DNA from: Candidatus Bathyarchaeota archaeon
GTDB taxonomy: Archaea; Thermoproteota; CALKCG01; B24; DRYS01
Assembly: GCA_018396535.1 (NCBI GenBank)
Contig: JAGTQC010000003.1
Span: 96,001-160,000 of the forward strand
DNA: 64,000 nucleotides
Reading direction: 5' to 3'
Each line of letters opens with the position of its first letter. Within the stretch, counting starts at the first letter, position 1. The notes below the pieces were generated by a model, which made no database searches, had not been told where the DNA came from, and saw nothing but the letters and a program-made list of their open reading frames with translations. A program made the position numbers and the translations under genes. Positions 18,627-27,859 of this stretch are shown in pieces.

Positions 18627-20009
18627 ATGAGTGCATCTAGGGGGTTACAAGATGTAGCGGATGCCGTACTAAGATCTAAAACCGGTTTGGTAGGATTATC
18701 CATCCTGGTAGCTATGGTGATCTTATCTATCCTAGCTCTAGCATATGTACCTTTCGACGTAGCTAGGGAGTGGAATAACCCATCATTCTGGCAGCGTAAT
18801 CCTAGACTTGCCCTACCGAGTTGGATAAATATATTCCTAGGTGGGAGACTCCCGGAGACTATAACACTCTCTAACGATAGCTTCCGTAAATACTCGTATT
18901 ATCTTGAAACAGTAGGATTGAAGTATTGTATACTCGAAGCGGATTTATCGTATTCGTATGGAGATTTCCCATCCGAACTGCGTCTCCTACTCTATATAAA
19001 AGGTGAGGAAGCTTTAACAACGGTGAGATGGATTCAACCTAACGGTGTGGATCTAACGGTATGGAAGGGTTCGTTTAAACGTGGTTCTAATACCATCTAC
19101 ATATCACGTCAGATAGATGTGCGTGAATTTATCAGGGATTCTTTGAAAAAGCTTAATCTTACAATACCATCAACAGTGAATCCTGAGGTAATCCTATTCG
19201 TAGATAATACTATGGTTCATAGCGAACTTACACCGGTTAACGGTAGGTATAGGATTAAGATAGAAGCTGTATCTTCAGATCCGTATACGGATGTAGAAGC
19301 TGAATTTATAGTCTATGGTAGGGTCTATGGTTTAGCAGGTACTGATGATAAGAGGCGTGATCTATTCGTAGGTCTAGTTTGGGGTGCACCTATAGCTTTA
19401 GCCTTCGGTTTAATCGCTGCTATAGCTACGAGCCTTCTACAGACGCTTATAGGTTCGTTGAGTGCGTGGTATGGAGGCTTTATCGATGAAGCTATCCAGA
19501 GGGTTACGGATGTATATATGATAATCCCCTTCCTACCTATACTTATCACTATATCGGTTATATATAGGATAGATATATGGACTCTTCTACTGGTAGTCGT
19601 AGGTTTAAGCTTATTTGGAGGAGCTACTAAGACTGCTAGGAGTATGACATTCCAGATTATGGCTGAGCAGTATATAGAAGCAGCTATATCCTATGGTGCT
19701 AGTCGTAGACGTATCCTTCTCCTATACATACTACCTAGGTTGATGCCTTATACTATGGCTAACATAGTATTATCTGTACCAGGCTATGTATTCCTCGAAG
19801 CAGCTCTAAGCGTATTGGGTCTGGGAGATCCTATGATGCCTACATGGGGTAAGATTATAAGCGATGCCTACTCTGGGGGAGCGGTTGTGCATGGGTTATG
19901 GTGGTGGATACTGCTACCATCAGCTCTTATAATACTTACAGCTATCTCGTTCGCATTCTTAGGGCTAGCTCTAGATAAGGTTGTTAATCCTAGGTTGAGG
20001 GAGAGGTAG
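18627..20009 (+). CDS. dppC: Opp/Dpp ABC permease (DppC-like) with large extracellular domain
   Basis: GTDDKRRDL, YIEAAISYGAS, EAALSVLGLGDP..PTWG, NPRLR. Confidence 0.9.
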   Translation: MSASRGLQDVADAVLRSKTGLVGLSILVAMVILSILALAYVPFDVAREWNNPSFWQRNPRLALPSWINIFLGGRLPETITLSNDSFRKYSYYLETVGLKYCILEADLSYSYGDFPSELRLLLYIKGEEALTTVRWIQPNGVDLTVWKGSFKRGSNTIYISRQIDVREFIRDSLKKLNLTIPSTVNPEVILFVDNTMVHSELTPVNGRYRIKIEAVSSDPYTDVEAEFIVYGRVYGLAGTDDKRRDLFVGLVWGAPIALAFGLIAAIATSLLQTLIGSLSAWYGGFIDEAIQRVTDVYMIIPFLPILITISVIYRIDIWTLLLVVVGLSLFGGATKTARSMTFQIMAEQYIEAAISYGASRRRILLLYILPRLMPYTMANIVLSVPGYVFLEAALSVLGLGDPMMPTWGKIISDAYSGGAVVHGLWWWILLPSALIILTAISFAFLGLALDKVVNPRLRER

Positions 20010-20015
20010 AACTGT

Positions 20016-20975
20016 ATGGATAGCCTCTTAAAGGTTAGGGGTTTGAAGCTATACTATAGGACTAGGAGAGGTATCGTTAGAGCTGTTGATGGTGTTAGCT
20101 TCGATCTACGTAGGGGTGAAACTCTAGCTATAGTAGGGGAATCCGGATGTGGTAAATCCTCTATGGCTATAGCTATAATACGGATACTCCCTAGAAATAT
20201 CGATACGTATGATGGTGAGATAATACTGGATGGGGTTGATATTATGAAGATCGATGATGGTAGATTTAGAGAGGAGGTAGCTTGGAGGAGGATCTCTATG
20301 GTATTCCAGGGTGCTATGAATGCTTTAAACCCTGTTATGAAGGTTGGATTCCAGGTTGCGGAGCCTCTGATACTTCATGGTAAAATGGATAAGGGTGAAG
20401 CCTTAGGTAAAGCTAGGACATTACTAGGGTTGGTAGGTCTACCTCCGTTTATAGCTGATAGGTATCCTCATGAACTTAGTGGAGGTATGAAGCAGAGGGT
20501 TGTTATAGCTATGGCTCTAGCTTTGAATCCAGAAATAGTTATACTAGATGAGCCTACATCTGCGTTAGATGTTATAACTCAAGCTAACATAATGAACCTG
20601 CTTAAGAAGCTTAAGAAGGAGAGGGGTCTCTCATACATATTTATAACGCATGATCTAGCTCTCGCAAGCGAGCTTGCAGATACAGTCGCGGTTATGTATG
20701 GGGGTAAGATAATGGAATATGGGGCTGCAGAACAGTTATACCTAGATCCGAAGCATCCATACTCTCAGAAGCTACTAGCTAGTATACCTACTTTGAGAAC
20801 TGATAAGAAGCTTGAATTCATACCTGGTGCTCCTCCAGATCTAGTATCTCCTCCACCAGGATGCCGTTTCCATCCTAGATGCCCCTACGCTATGCCTGTA
20901 TGTAGGGAGAGGGAGCCTATACTCGGAGAGGTTGAGAAGGATAGATACGTAGCATGCTGGCTATACGGTGGGTGA
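20016..20975 (+). CDS. dppD: Opp/Dpp ABC ATPase (DppD-like)
   Basis: [25 protein letters not shown]-terminal GCRFHPRC Fe-S tail. Confidence 0.93.
   Translation: MDSLLKVRGLKLYYRTRRGIVRAVDGVSFDLRRGETLAIVGESGCGKSSMAIAIIRILPRNIDTYDGEIILDGVDIMKIDDGRFREEVAWRRISMVFQGAMNALNPVMKVGFQVAEPLILHGKMDKGEALGKARTLLGLVGLPPFIADRYPHELSGGMKQRVVIAMALALNPEIVILDEPTSALDVITQANIMNLLKKLKKERGLSYIFITHDLALASELADTVAVMYGGKIMEYGAAEQLYLDPKHPYSQKLLASIPTLRTDKKLEFIPGAPPDLVSPPPGCRFHPRCPYAMPVCREREPILGEVEKDRYVACWLYGG
20076..20155 (+). repeat. 80-bp exact repeat A, copy 1 (copy 2 at 21058-21137)
   Basis: gttagagctgttgatggt...ggatgtggtaa identical in dppD and dppF. Confidence 0.95.
20856..20967 (+). repeat. 112-bp exact repeat B, copy 1 (copy 2 at 21829-21940)
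   Basis: ccaggatgccgtttcc...tggctatacg identical in dppD and dppF. Confidence 0.95.
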
Positions 20976-21948
20976 TTTGAGCATAGCTAATCTACTCGAA
21001 GTTCGAAATCTAAGAGTCTGGTTTCCTATAAGAAGGTTGTTTAAAGAACCTTTATTTGTTAGAGCTGTTGATGGTGTTAGCTTCGATCTACGTAGGGGTG
21101 AAACTCTAGCTATAGTAGGGGAATCCGGATGTGGTAAGACGACTCTAGGTAAGGCATGTCTTAGGCTAGTCGAACCGACATCCGGTTCGATATTATACGA
21201 TGGGAGGGATATTACTAGTATACCGGATAAGGAATTGAAGTGGTATCGTAGAGAAGCTCAGATAATATACCAGGATCCATTCAGTAGTCTAAACCCATTC
21301 TTCACAGTATACAAGATTCTGGAGGAGCCTCTAATAGTAAACGAGGTTGGAGATGATAGATCTGAGCTTGTATATAAAGCTCTAGAAGATGTTAAGCTCA
21401 CACCGATCGAGGAGTTTGTAGGTAAGTATCCGCATATGCTGAGCGGTGGGCAGAGGCAGAGGGTTGCTATAGCTAGAGCTTTAATCTTGAAACCGCGTTT
21501 CGTAGTAGCTGATGAACCAGTATCTATGCTCGATGTATCGGTTAGGGTAGAGATACTCTACCTTCTCAAAGAATTGCAGGAGAGGTATGGTATAGCCTTC
21601 CTGTATATAACCCATGATATAGCTACGGTGAAATACTTCTCAGATCGTATAGGAGTTATGTATGCAGGTAACTTTGTCGAATCAGGTTTGATTAAAACCG
21701 TGGTATCGGATCCGCTACACCCGTATACGAAGGCGTTGATAGAAGCTATACCGGATCCGGATCCGAAGAATAGGTTTGTGGAGAGAAAGGTTGTAGCAGG
21801 TGAACCGCCTAACCCTATAGATATACCTCCAGGATGCCGTTTCCATCCTAGATGCCCCTACGCTATGCCTGTATGTAGGGAGAGGGAGCCTATACTCGGA
21901 GAGGTTGAGAAGGATAGATACGTAGCATGCTGGCTATACGATCGGTAG
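20968..21948 (+). CDS. dppF: Opp/Dpp ABC ATPase (DppF-like)
   Basis: [33 protein letters not shown]. Confidence 0.93.
   Translation: MGDLSIANLLEVRNLRVWFPIRRLFKEPLFVRAVDGVSFDLRRGETLAIVGESGCGKTTLGKACLRLVEPTSGSILYDGRDITSIPDKELKWYRREAQIIYQDPFSSLNPFFTVYKILEEPLIVNEVGDDRSELVYKALEDVKLTPIEEFVGKYPHMLSGGQRQRVAIARALILKPRFVVADEPVSMLDVSVRVEILYLLKELQERYGIAFLYITHDIATVKYFSDRIGVMYAGNFVESGLIKTVVSDPLHPYTKALIEAIPDPDPKNRFVERKVVAGEPPNPIDIPPGCRFHPRCPYAMPVCREREPILGEVEKDRYVACWLYDR
21058..21137 (+). repeat. 80-bp exact repeat A, copy 2
   Basis: Identical to 20076-20155. Confidence 0.95.
21829..21940 (+). repeat. 112-bp exact repeat B, copy 2
   Basis: Identical to 20856-20967. Confidence 0.95.
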
Positions 21949-21993
21949 GATAACTAAGAAATGGTATGGTTGGAGATTGTTTAAGCTATCCTT

Positions 21994-23115
21994 CTAACCT
22001 GTAAGTATTATCTTCTTAACGACGTCTATAATCCTAGCTTGATCGCCAGTCTCCCTAGCCTCCTCCAGCTCATCTCTCCTAGCGTATATTAGTAGAGCTT
22101 TCTTCATCAAGTTTCCGAATATCTCTTTACTAAGCTTCATAGCCTTCACCGGATCCATCCTATACGTGAATTGATCCTCTCCAAACCATCCATCGTAGCC
22201 TATATCTATAGCTGCGTATAGGTAGTCTACGAAACGCCATATATCTCCTGTACCGAATACCCTATCTTCATCGTTACTATGTAGTTTAGCAGTATTTATA
22301 TGGAATCCCACTATGGGTACACCCATACCATGTAATGCGTATACTGTGAATGCTGGTTCGACTGCATACATCTGTTCATGCCCATAATCTATGGTTACAC
22401 CCATAACCTTAGACCCCACCTCCTCGTTCACCTTATAGGCTATCCATCCAGCTAGGTGTGTTGTAGGAACTATCATATTCCCCTCTTTAGGCTCCTTAAG
22501 CTTAGCTTCGACACCGAATTTTAGATCAAGCTCTCTACACCTCTTCGAAGCTTGTCTACAAGCATCGAGGAACCATTCGAATTTACGTAGATAGTTTGAT
22601 TCGAAGTTGTAATCCCACCCATCCTGACCTGGCCATAGGCTTAGGCTAGGGCTTCCAACTTCTCTAGCTAGATCTGCAGCTTGTAGTAGTATTTCGAATG
22701 CCCTCTCCCTAACCTCTCTTATAGGGTTTGTTACAGATCCAAGCTTCCATCTGGGATCTGTGAACATATTTATATTCATATTCGATACCTTGAGGCTAAG
22801 CTTTTCGAGGATCGATTTAACCTTCACAACCCTATCCTCATCTATCCTTAGATTCTCATCTAGGAATAGTACATCGTGGAACTCAACCCCTTCTATACCT
22901 GCTTCAGCTATCCTCTTAAGCTGTGCTTCTATACTCGAATCCAACTCTGGGAAGTATCCTCTAGTAGCGAATCTATCTAGAAAATCTCCTGCAGACCAGT
23001 GTCCAGCTGCGAATTTTATATCGAAATCCTTGAAGAATCTATCCAGTACATCGCCTTCAAGATAACCCTTATACTCTGTTTCAAGCTTCGCAAGATTATT
23101 CTTAGATACCTTCAA
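21994..23115 (-). CDS. xylose isomerase / L-rhamnose isomerase-like TIM-barrel protein
   Basis: GVEFH, LWPGQDG, EAKLKEP, DYGHE, FH.N...DEDR, EDQF; TTG 23115 follows GGGGTGA SD (ORF track start 23157). Confidence 0.8.
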   Translation of the reverse strand: MKVSKNNLAKLETEYKGYLEGDVLDRFFKDFDIKFAAGHWSAGDFLDRFATRGYFPELDSSIEAQLKRIAEAGIEGVEFHDVLFLDENLRIDEDRVVKVKSILEKLSLKVSNMNINMFTDPRWKLGSVTNPIREVRERAFEILLQAADLAREVGSPSLSLWPGQDGWDYNFESNYLRKFEWFLDACRQASKRCRELDLKFGVEAKLKEPKEGNMIVPTTHLAGWIAYKVNEEVGSKVMGVTIDYGHEQMYAVEPAFTVYALHGMGVPIVGFHINTAKLHSNDEDRVFGTGDIWRFVDYLYAAIDIGYDGWFGEDQFTYRMDPVKAMKLSKEIFGNLMKKALLIYARRDELEEARETGDQARIIDVVKKIILTG

Positions 23116-23165
23116 GCCGCTATCACCCCGAATAGAAATTGTCGAATCTTTAACCAATATTAAAC

Positions 23166-24980
23166 TTACTCCTCCTCGATAGTAGCGGCTGTATAGTAGT
23201 ATTCACCCATCTCCTTCTGTATCCTATCCAGTCTCGAACCCTCCTTATTAGCTCTAGGCCTATACGTTTGTCTATCCCTTCTAAACGTTACTCCAAGCTC
23301 CTTGAGGAACATATTCATACCACTCCTCATATCCATAGGCTGATGCCCGTAACCATCGACTCCAGGTATACCTGAGAATACCATAAGCCTATCAGCTATG
23401 AAATCTTGGACTAGTATATCATGCTCGACGACGAAGGCAACCCTACCGAGATTTTCTACGATCCTACGAACAGCTCTAGCCATAGCTAACCTCTCCTCTA
23501 CATCTAGATATGCGCTAGGCTCATCGAGTAGGTATATATCAGCATCCATGGATAAACATATAGCTATAGCTAGCTTCTGAAGCTCACCGCCGCTTAGATC
23601 TGATACCCTCCTATCTAAGATCTTATCCAATCTGAAGGGTCTATATATCTCCTCTCTGAAGAAGCTGGACTCCATCCTATCGCCTAGAGTCTTCCTCAAT
23701 AATACTTCTACAACCCCATCGTAATCCCCGGATATATACTGAGGCTTATAACTAACCTTAACTCCACCTGGTAGGGCATCCCCCTCGTCAGGCTTCTCCA
23801 ACCCGGCTAGAAGCTTAACGAACGTAGTCTTACCGATACCATTCGGTCCTAGTATACCTATAACCTCGCCTCTACGTATGAATCCAGGTTCAACTCTCAG
23901 AGTGAATCCTCCAAGCTTCTTAACCATGAAGCCCCAGCTATACTCTATATCGATAGACTCAGCTACCTGGGTAGGTGGTTTAACCTGGAATCTTATAGGT
24001 TGACTCCTAAACCTTACATTATCGCTTGGAATATATCCTTCGAGAAACATGTTTATCCCATCTCTAACAGCTCTAGGATAGGATACTATACCGTATACAC
24101 CTGGATCACCATATAGAACCGATATCATATCAGACATGTAATCCAATACTATCAGATCATGCTCAGCTACGACTACCATAACATCCTGTTTAGCTAGCCA
24201 TCTGATAACCCTAGCTACCTTAATCCTCTGACGTACATCTAGATAGCTTGAAGGCTCGTCGAATATGTATACATCAGCATCTCTACATACAACCGCTGCT
24301 ATAGCAACCCTCTGTAGCTCTCCACCGCTAAGTACATCCACCCTTCTATCGATAACTTCTCTAAGCTCTAGGATCGATACGATATAATCCATAACGCCCC
24401 GCTCATCTAGCTTAGATAGGAGTCTACTAGCTTCGCCCTTAAACACTCTAGGTATAGCATCTATATACTGAGGCTTATACGCTACTCTAAGATTACCCGA
24501 GGCGAGTTTAGCGAAGTAGTCTTTAAGAGATGTACCTCCGAAGTACTCTATTATACTATCCCAGTCTGGCGGATCACCCTCCACTACTCCTAGGTTAGGT
24601 TTAAGCTTACCTGCAAGTATACGGAGGGATGTAGATTTACCTACACCATTCTTACCTACTAGACCTAGTACGGTAGATCTAGCTGGTATAGGTAGTCTGA
24701 ATAGTTTAAACCCGTTAACACCATATCTATGGATACATTCACCTTCAAGCTCTCCTGGAAGATTAACTATCGATATAGCTTTAAACGGGCATTTATTAAC
24801 ACAGATACCGCATCCTATGCATAGCTCCTCAGATATTATAGGCTTACCCTTATCATCCACCTTGATAACTTCGATCTTATTCCTAACGAGTGGGCATAGA
24901 CGTCTGCATAGTAGTCCACAATCTTCTACACGGCAGCTATCTCTATCTATTACAGCAATCCTGTTAGTCATAGCCGACAC
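23166..24980 (-). CDS. rli: ribosome recycling ATPase ABCE1 (RLI)
   Basis: N-terminal Fe-S Cys motifs, two ABC domains (GKNGVGKS, GPNGIGKT, LSGGELQ x2), TFRRD...RPRANK..S.LD..QK..GEYYY hinge. Confidence 0.97.
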   Translation of the reverse strand: MSAMTNRIAVIDRDSCRVEDCGLLCRRLCPLVRNKIEVIKVDDKGKPIISEELCIGCGICVNKCPFKAISIVNLPGELEGECIHRYGVNGFKLFRLPIPARSTVLGLVGKNGVGKSTSLRILAGKLKPNLGVVEGDPPDWDSIIEYFGGTSLKDYFAKLASGNLRVAYKPQYIDAIPRVFKGEASRLLSKLDERGVMDYIVSILELREVIDRRVDVLSGGELQRVAIAAVVCRDADVYIFDEPSSYLDVRQRIKVARVIRWLAKQDVMVVVAEHDLIVLDYMSDMISVLYGDPGVYGIVSYPRAVRDGINMFLEGYIPSDNVRFRSQPIRFQVKPPTQVAESIDIEYSWGFMVKKLGGFTLRVEPGFIRRGEVIGILGPNGIGKTTFVKLLAGLEKPDEGDALPGGVKVSYKPQYISGDYDGVVEVLLRKTLGDRMESSFFREEIYRPFRLDKILDRRVSDLSGGELQKLAIAICLSMDADIYLLDEPSAYLDVEERLAMARAVRRIVENLGRVAFVVEHDILVQDFIADRLMVFSGIPGVDGYGHQPMDMRSGMNMFLKELGVTFRRDRQTYRPRANKEGSRLDRIQKEMGEYYYTAATIEEE

Positions 24981-25021
24981 CTAGAATGATTCCGCTATAG
25001 GTGAATGATAGTGGAAAGGGG

Positions 25022-25048
25022 AAAAAAGGTAACGGAAGGAGTGGAAGG
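25022..25048 (-). terminator. pyrimidine tract and T6 terminator after the acidic microprotein
   Basis: Minus strand CCTTCCACTCCTTCCGTTACCTTTTTT follows the stop codon. Confidence 0.55.
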
Positions 25049-25061
25049 TTGGGGGGCTAAG

Positions 25062-25169
25062 CTACCACTCCTCCTCTTCCTCTTCCTCCCACTCTTCCTC
25101 CTCCCACTCCTCTTCCTCCCATTCCTCCTCCCATTCTTCCTCCTCTTCCTCCTCTTCGAATCTGAACAT
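25062..25169 (-). CDS. 35-aa hyperacidic Glu/Trp microprotein MFRFEEEEEEEEWEEEWEEEEWEEEEWEEEEEEEW
   Basis: ATG 25169 with GGAGGTG SD 7 nt upstream, BRE-TATA at ~25220-25234, TAG at 25062-64; only GAA/GAG/TGG codons after codon 4. Confidence 0.8.
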   Translation of the reverse strand: MFRFEEEEEEEEWEEEWEEEEWEEEEWEEEEEEEW

Positions 25170-25219
25170 GATCTAACACCTCCCCCTTAGCGGGGCTAAA
25201 GAAGCATCCCCACCGCTAG

Positions 25220-25234
25220 TTTAAAAACTTTTTG
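25220..25234 (-). promoter_or_regulatory. BRE-TATA promoter of the acidic microprotein
   Basis: Minus strand CAAAAAG-TTTTTAAA, consensus-like archaeal BRE/TATA about 50 nt upstream of the ATG. Confidence 0.7.
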
Positions 25235-25264
25235 ATCATGAACGATCGCCATACATTCCCTCTC

Positions 25265-25378
25265 AATCTAAACTATACTAGTATGGGATTGGGGTGCTTA
25301 GCACACTCAAGATCCCGCTCATCAGGATCGCAAGGGCCAGAGCTGCCATCGCACCCCGAGACTAGTATATATTAGATT
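25265..25378. ncRNA. candidate structured RNA / nested inverted-repeat element
   Basis: Nested stems AATCTAA/TTAGATT, TATACTAGT/ACTAGTATA, GGGGTGC/GCACCCC, GATCC/GGATC; CTGATGA on the minus strand. Confidence 0.35.
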
Positions 25379-25386
25379 CTTCTAGA

Positions 25387-26361
25387 TTAGCGTTTCCTCG
25401 ATACATCGTTCACAGGGTATCTGGGGGGCTCTCCATGTAGAACCCTTAGTATATCCTCCACAGCTGTCAGAGCCATCCTCCTCCTACATTCTGAAGTATT
25501 GGAAGCTATATGTGGTGTAAGTATTACGTTATCGAGATCTAGTAGAGGATCATCTAGGGGTAGAGGCTCCTCCCAGAATACATCTAATCCAGCTCCAGCT
25601 ATCCACCCCTCCTTTAAAGCCTTTACTAGAGAATCGTGATCCACTATAGGTCCTCTAGCTATATTAACTAGGATAGCTGTAGGCTTCATAAGCTTAAGCT
25701 CCTCCTCCCCTATCATACCGCGTGTATACTCTGTTAACGGACATGATACTACTATGAAATCGGATTCTCTAAGTAGATCTTCTAGAGATCTATACTCTAC
25801 TCCAAACTCTGCTTCTAGCTGAGGCTTCCTAACGATATCGTAGTATAGTATCTTCATAGAGAATCCTCTAGCACGTTTAGCTATAGCCGATCCTATCCTT
25901 CCTAAGCCTATTATACCTATAACCTTACCCCATACATCCATCCCTACGAATAGGAATGGATCTCTAATCCTCCATAACCTAGATTTGACATACTGAGATG
26001 ATCTACAGATATTCCTAGCTAAGCAGAGTATGTGAGCGAAAGCCATATCCGCTACGGTTTCATGGAGGACTGGGGTTATGGTAACCCATACCCCCCTCTC
26101 GGTAGCAGCATCTACATCAACATTATCGTATCCAACCCCATGCCTAGCTATTACTCTAAGCCTAGATGCCGATTCTATAACCCTCCTACTCACTCTCTCT
26201 ACATTAAGTGTTACGAGTATAGCGTCAGCATCTCTAACCGATTCTATAAGCTCATCCTCGGTAGGAGGTTTATCGAATACATATACATCAGTATACTTCT
26301 TCAATAATTCTAAAGCCTCGCTATGTATGGGAGCTGTTATTACCACATGGTATCTACCCAT
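25387..26361 (-). CDS. gyaR: D-2-hydroxyacid dehydrogenase (glyoxylate reductase / D-glycerate dehydrogenase)
   Basis: GVGYDNVD, GLGRIG, NIARG, AGLDVFWEEP, TPHIAS. Confidence 0.85.
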   Translation of the reverse strand: MGRYHVVITAPIHSEALELLKKYTDVYVFDKPPTEDELIESVRDADAILVTLNVERVSRRVIESASRLRVIARHGVGYDNVDVDAATERGVWVTITPVLHETVADMAFAHILCLARNICRSSQYVKSRLWRIRDPFLFVGMDVWGKVIGIIGLGRIGSAIAKRARGFSMKILYYDIVRKPQLEAEFGVEYRSLEDLLRESDFIVVSCPLTEYTRGMIGEEELKLMKPTAILVNIARGPIVDHDSLVKALKEGWIAGAGLDVFWEEPLPLDDPLLDLDNVILTPHIASNTSECRRRMALTAVEDILRVLHGEPPRYPVNDVSRKR

Positions 26362-26497
26362 TCATCCATCCCCCGAATAGTATCCTACTACTTAACCCCA
26401 TCTACATCATACGGCTAGTACTAGGATAAAGGATTTAACTATAATATCACACCGTTAACTTCGATCCAGAACTAGCTAAATCTACTAATATGCATAT

Positions 26498-27787
26498 CTA
26501 TGTGTAGAGCTTCCTATCGAGTATCTTATAGACGCAGTATTCTCCACACATGGTGCATGTACCGCTCCTAGATTTCACTCTCCCATGAATCTCCGAAGCT
26601 TTCTCAGGATCCATAGATAGCTTAAACTGTGTTACCCAATCTAGACGTGCTCTAGCCTCCCCCATAGCTTTATCGATATCTAAAACCCTACCTCCAACCC
26701 TGTATAAATCTACAGCGTGAGCTGCGATCTTAGAAGCTATAACACCATGCTTTATATCTTCAGGTAGGGGTAAGCCTAGATGCTCTGATGGAGTAACTAC
26801 GCATAGGAAATCTGCACCAGCAAGCCCAGCTATAGCGCTTCCGATAGCAGCTGCTATATGATCGTATGGGGTTGCTATATCGGTAACTATAGGTCCTAGT
26901 AGATAGTATGGGGCTCCTTTACATACAGCCTTCTCTAAAGCTACGTTAGCAGCTATCTGGTGTATAGGCATGTGTCCAGGTCCCTCAACCATACACTGAA
27001 CATCCATCCCCCTACTCCTCTCTACGAGCTCCGCTACTGTTAGTAGCTCCATATTCTGAGCTATATCGTTCGCATCAGCTATACATCCAGGTCTAAGACC
27101 ATCACCTAAACTTATACATACATCATATTCTCTAGCTAACTCTAGTATGTAATCATAGTTCTCGTATAACGGATTCTCCCTACCATGATGTAGCATCCAC
27201 GATGCTATGAATGCTCCTCCACGGCTAACTATACCAGCAACCCTTCTACCCTTCTTCAAAGATTCTAGAGCTTTATAGGTTATACCACAGTGGAGTGTAA
27301 CGAAGTCTACCCCATCCTTGAAATGCCTCTCTATAGTGTTTAACACATCATCCTCGCTCATATCTATGATGGAGCCATACTTTCTAATAGATTCTATAGC
27401 AGCTTGGTATATCGGTACAGTACCTATAGGAGAGTCAAGTTCTCTAATAAGTAGTCTACGAGTATAGTCTAGATCTCCTCCAGTAGATAGATCCATAACC
27501 GTATCTGCTCCATATCTCAAACCAATCCTAGCCTTCTCGAGCTCCAGATATGGGTCGGATAGATCGACCGAAGTACCGACGTTAACGTTAACCTTCACGG
27601 TTAACCCCTCTCCTATAGCTACCGGTTTACCCAGCTTCCTATCCCTAGATGAATTACACGGTATAACAGCTACACCCCTCGCTACCATACTGGTAAGCTT
27701 TTCAGGATTAACCCCCTCTGATCTAGCTACCTCGACTACTATACCCGGTATAATACCCCTCCTAGCTTCACTCATGATAGTACCCAT
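26498..27787 (-). CDS. thiC: phosphomethylpyrimidine synthase ThiC (short archaeal type; Bza paralog not excluded)
   Basis: KVNVNVGTS, DTVMDLSTGG, IVSRGG, LGDGLRPG, EGPGH, CTMCGEYC. Confidence 0.88.
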   Translation of the reverse strand: MGTIMSEARRGIIPGIVVEVARSEGVNPEKLTSMVARGVAVIPCNSSRDRKLGKPVAIGEGLTVKVNVNVGTSVDLSDPYLELEKARIGLRYGADTVMDLSTGGDLDYTRRLLIRELDSPIGTVPIYQAAIESIRKYGSIIDMSEDDVLNTIERHFKDGVDFVTLHCGITYKALESLKKGRRVAGIVSRGGAFIASWMLHHGRENPLYENYDYILELAREYDVCISLGDGLRPGCIADANDIAQNMELLTVAELVERSRGMDVQCMVEGPGHMPIHQIAANVALEKAVCKGAPYYLLGPIVTDIATPYDHIAAAIGSAIAGLAGADFLCVVTPSEHLGLPLPEDIKHGVIASKIAAHAVDLYRVGGRVLDIDKAMGEARARLDWVTQFKLSMDPEKASEIHGRVKSRSGTCTMCGEYCVYKILDRKLYT

Positions 27788-27859
27788 AACTAACCTAGAT
27801 TAGATCAACCTACATCTCAAGATAAATCTTCCCATAGGCTAGGCGTTGGAGAATCGACC

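Noticed and set aside
20076-21940. CRISPR array or mobile-element ends
   Set aside because: Only two copies each, in-frame within paralogous coding sequence; no spacers, cas genes or transposase
23734-24479. 18-bp repeat tatatactgaggcttata in ABCE1
   Set aside because: Encodes conserved YKPQYI in both NBDs; short enough to be explained by codon bias
25005-25190. 61-aa Leu/Phe/Pro-rich ORF on the + strand
   Set aside because: It is the antisense shadow of the Glu/Trp microprotein; the promoter, SD and terminator all lie on the minus strand
25291-25357. TPP or fluoride riboswitch, or hammerhead ribozyme
   Set aside because: Lacks CTGAGA/ACCTGA of TPP, the fluoride pseudoknot pairing and the hammerhead GAAA; it is also not in a thiC leader
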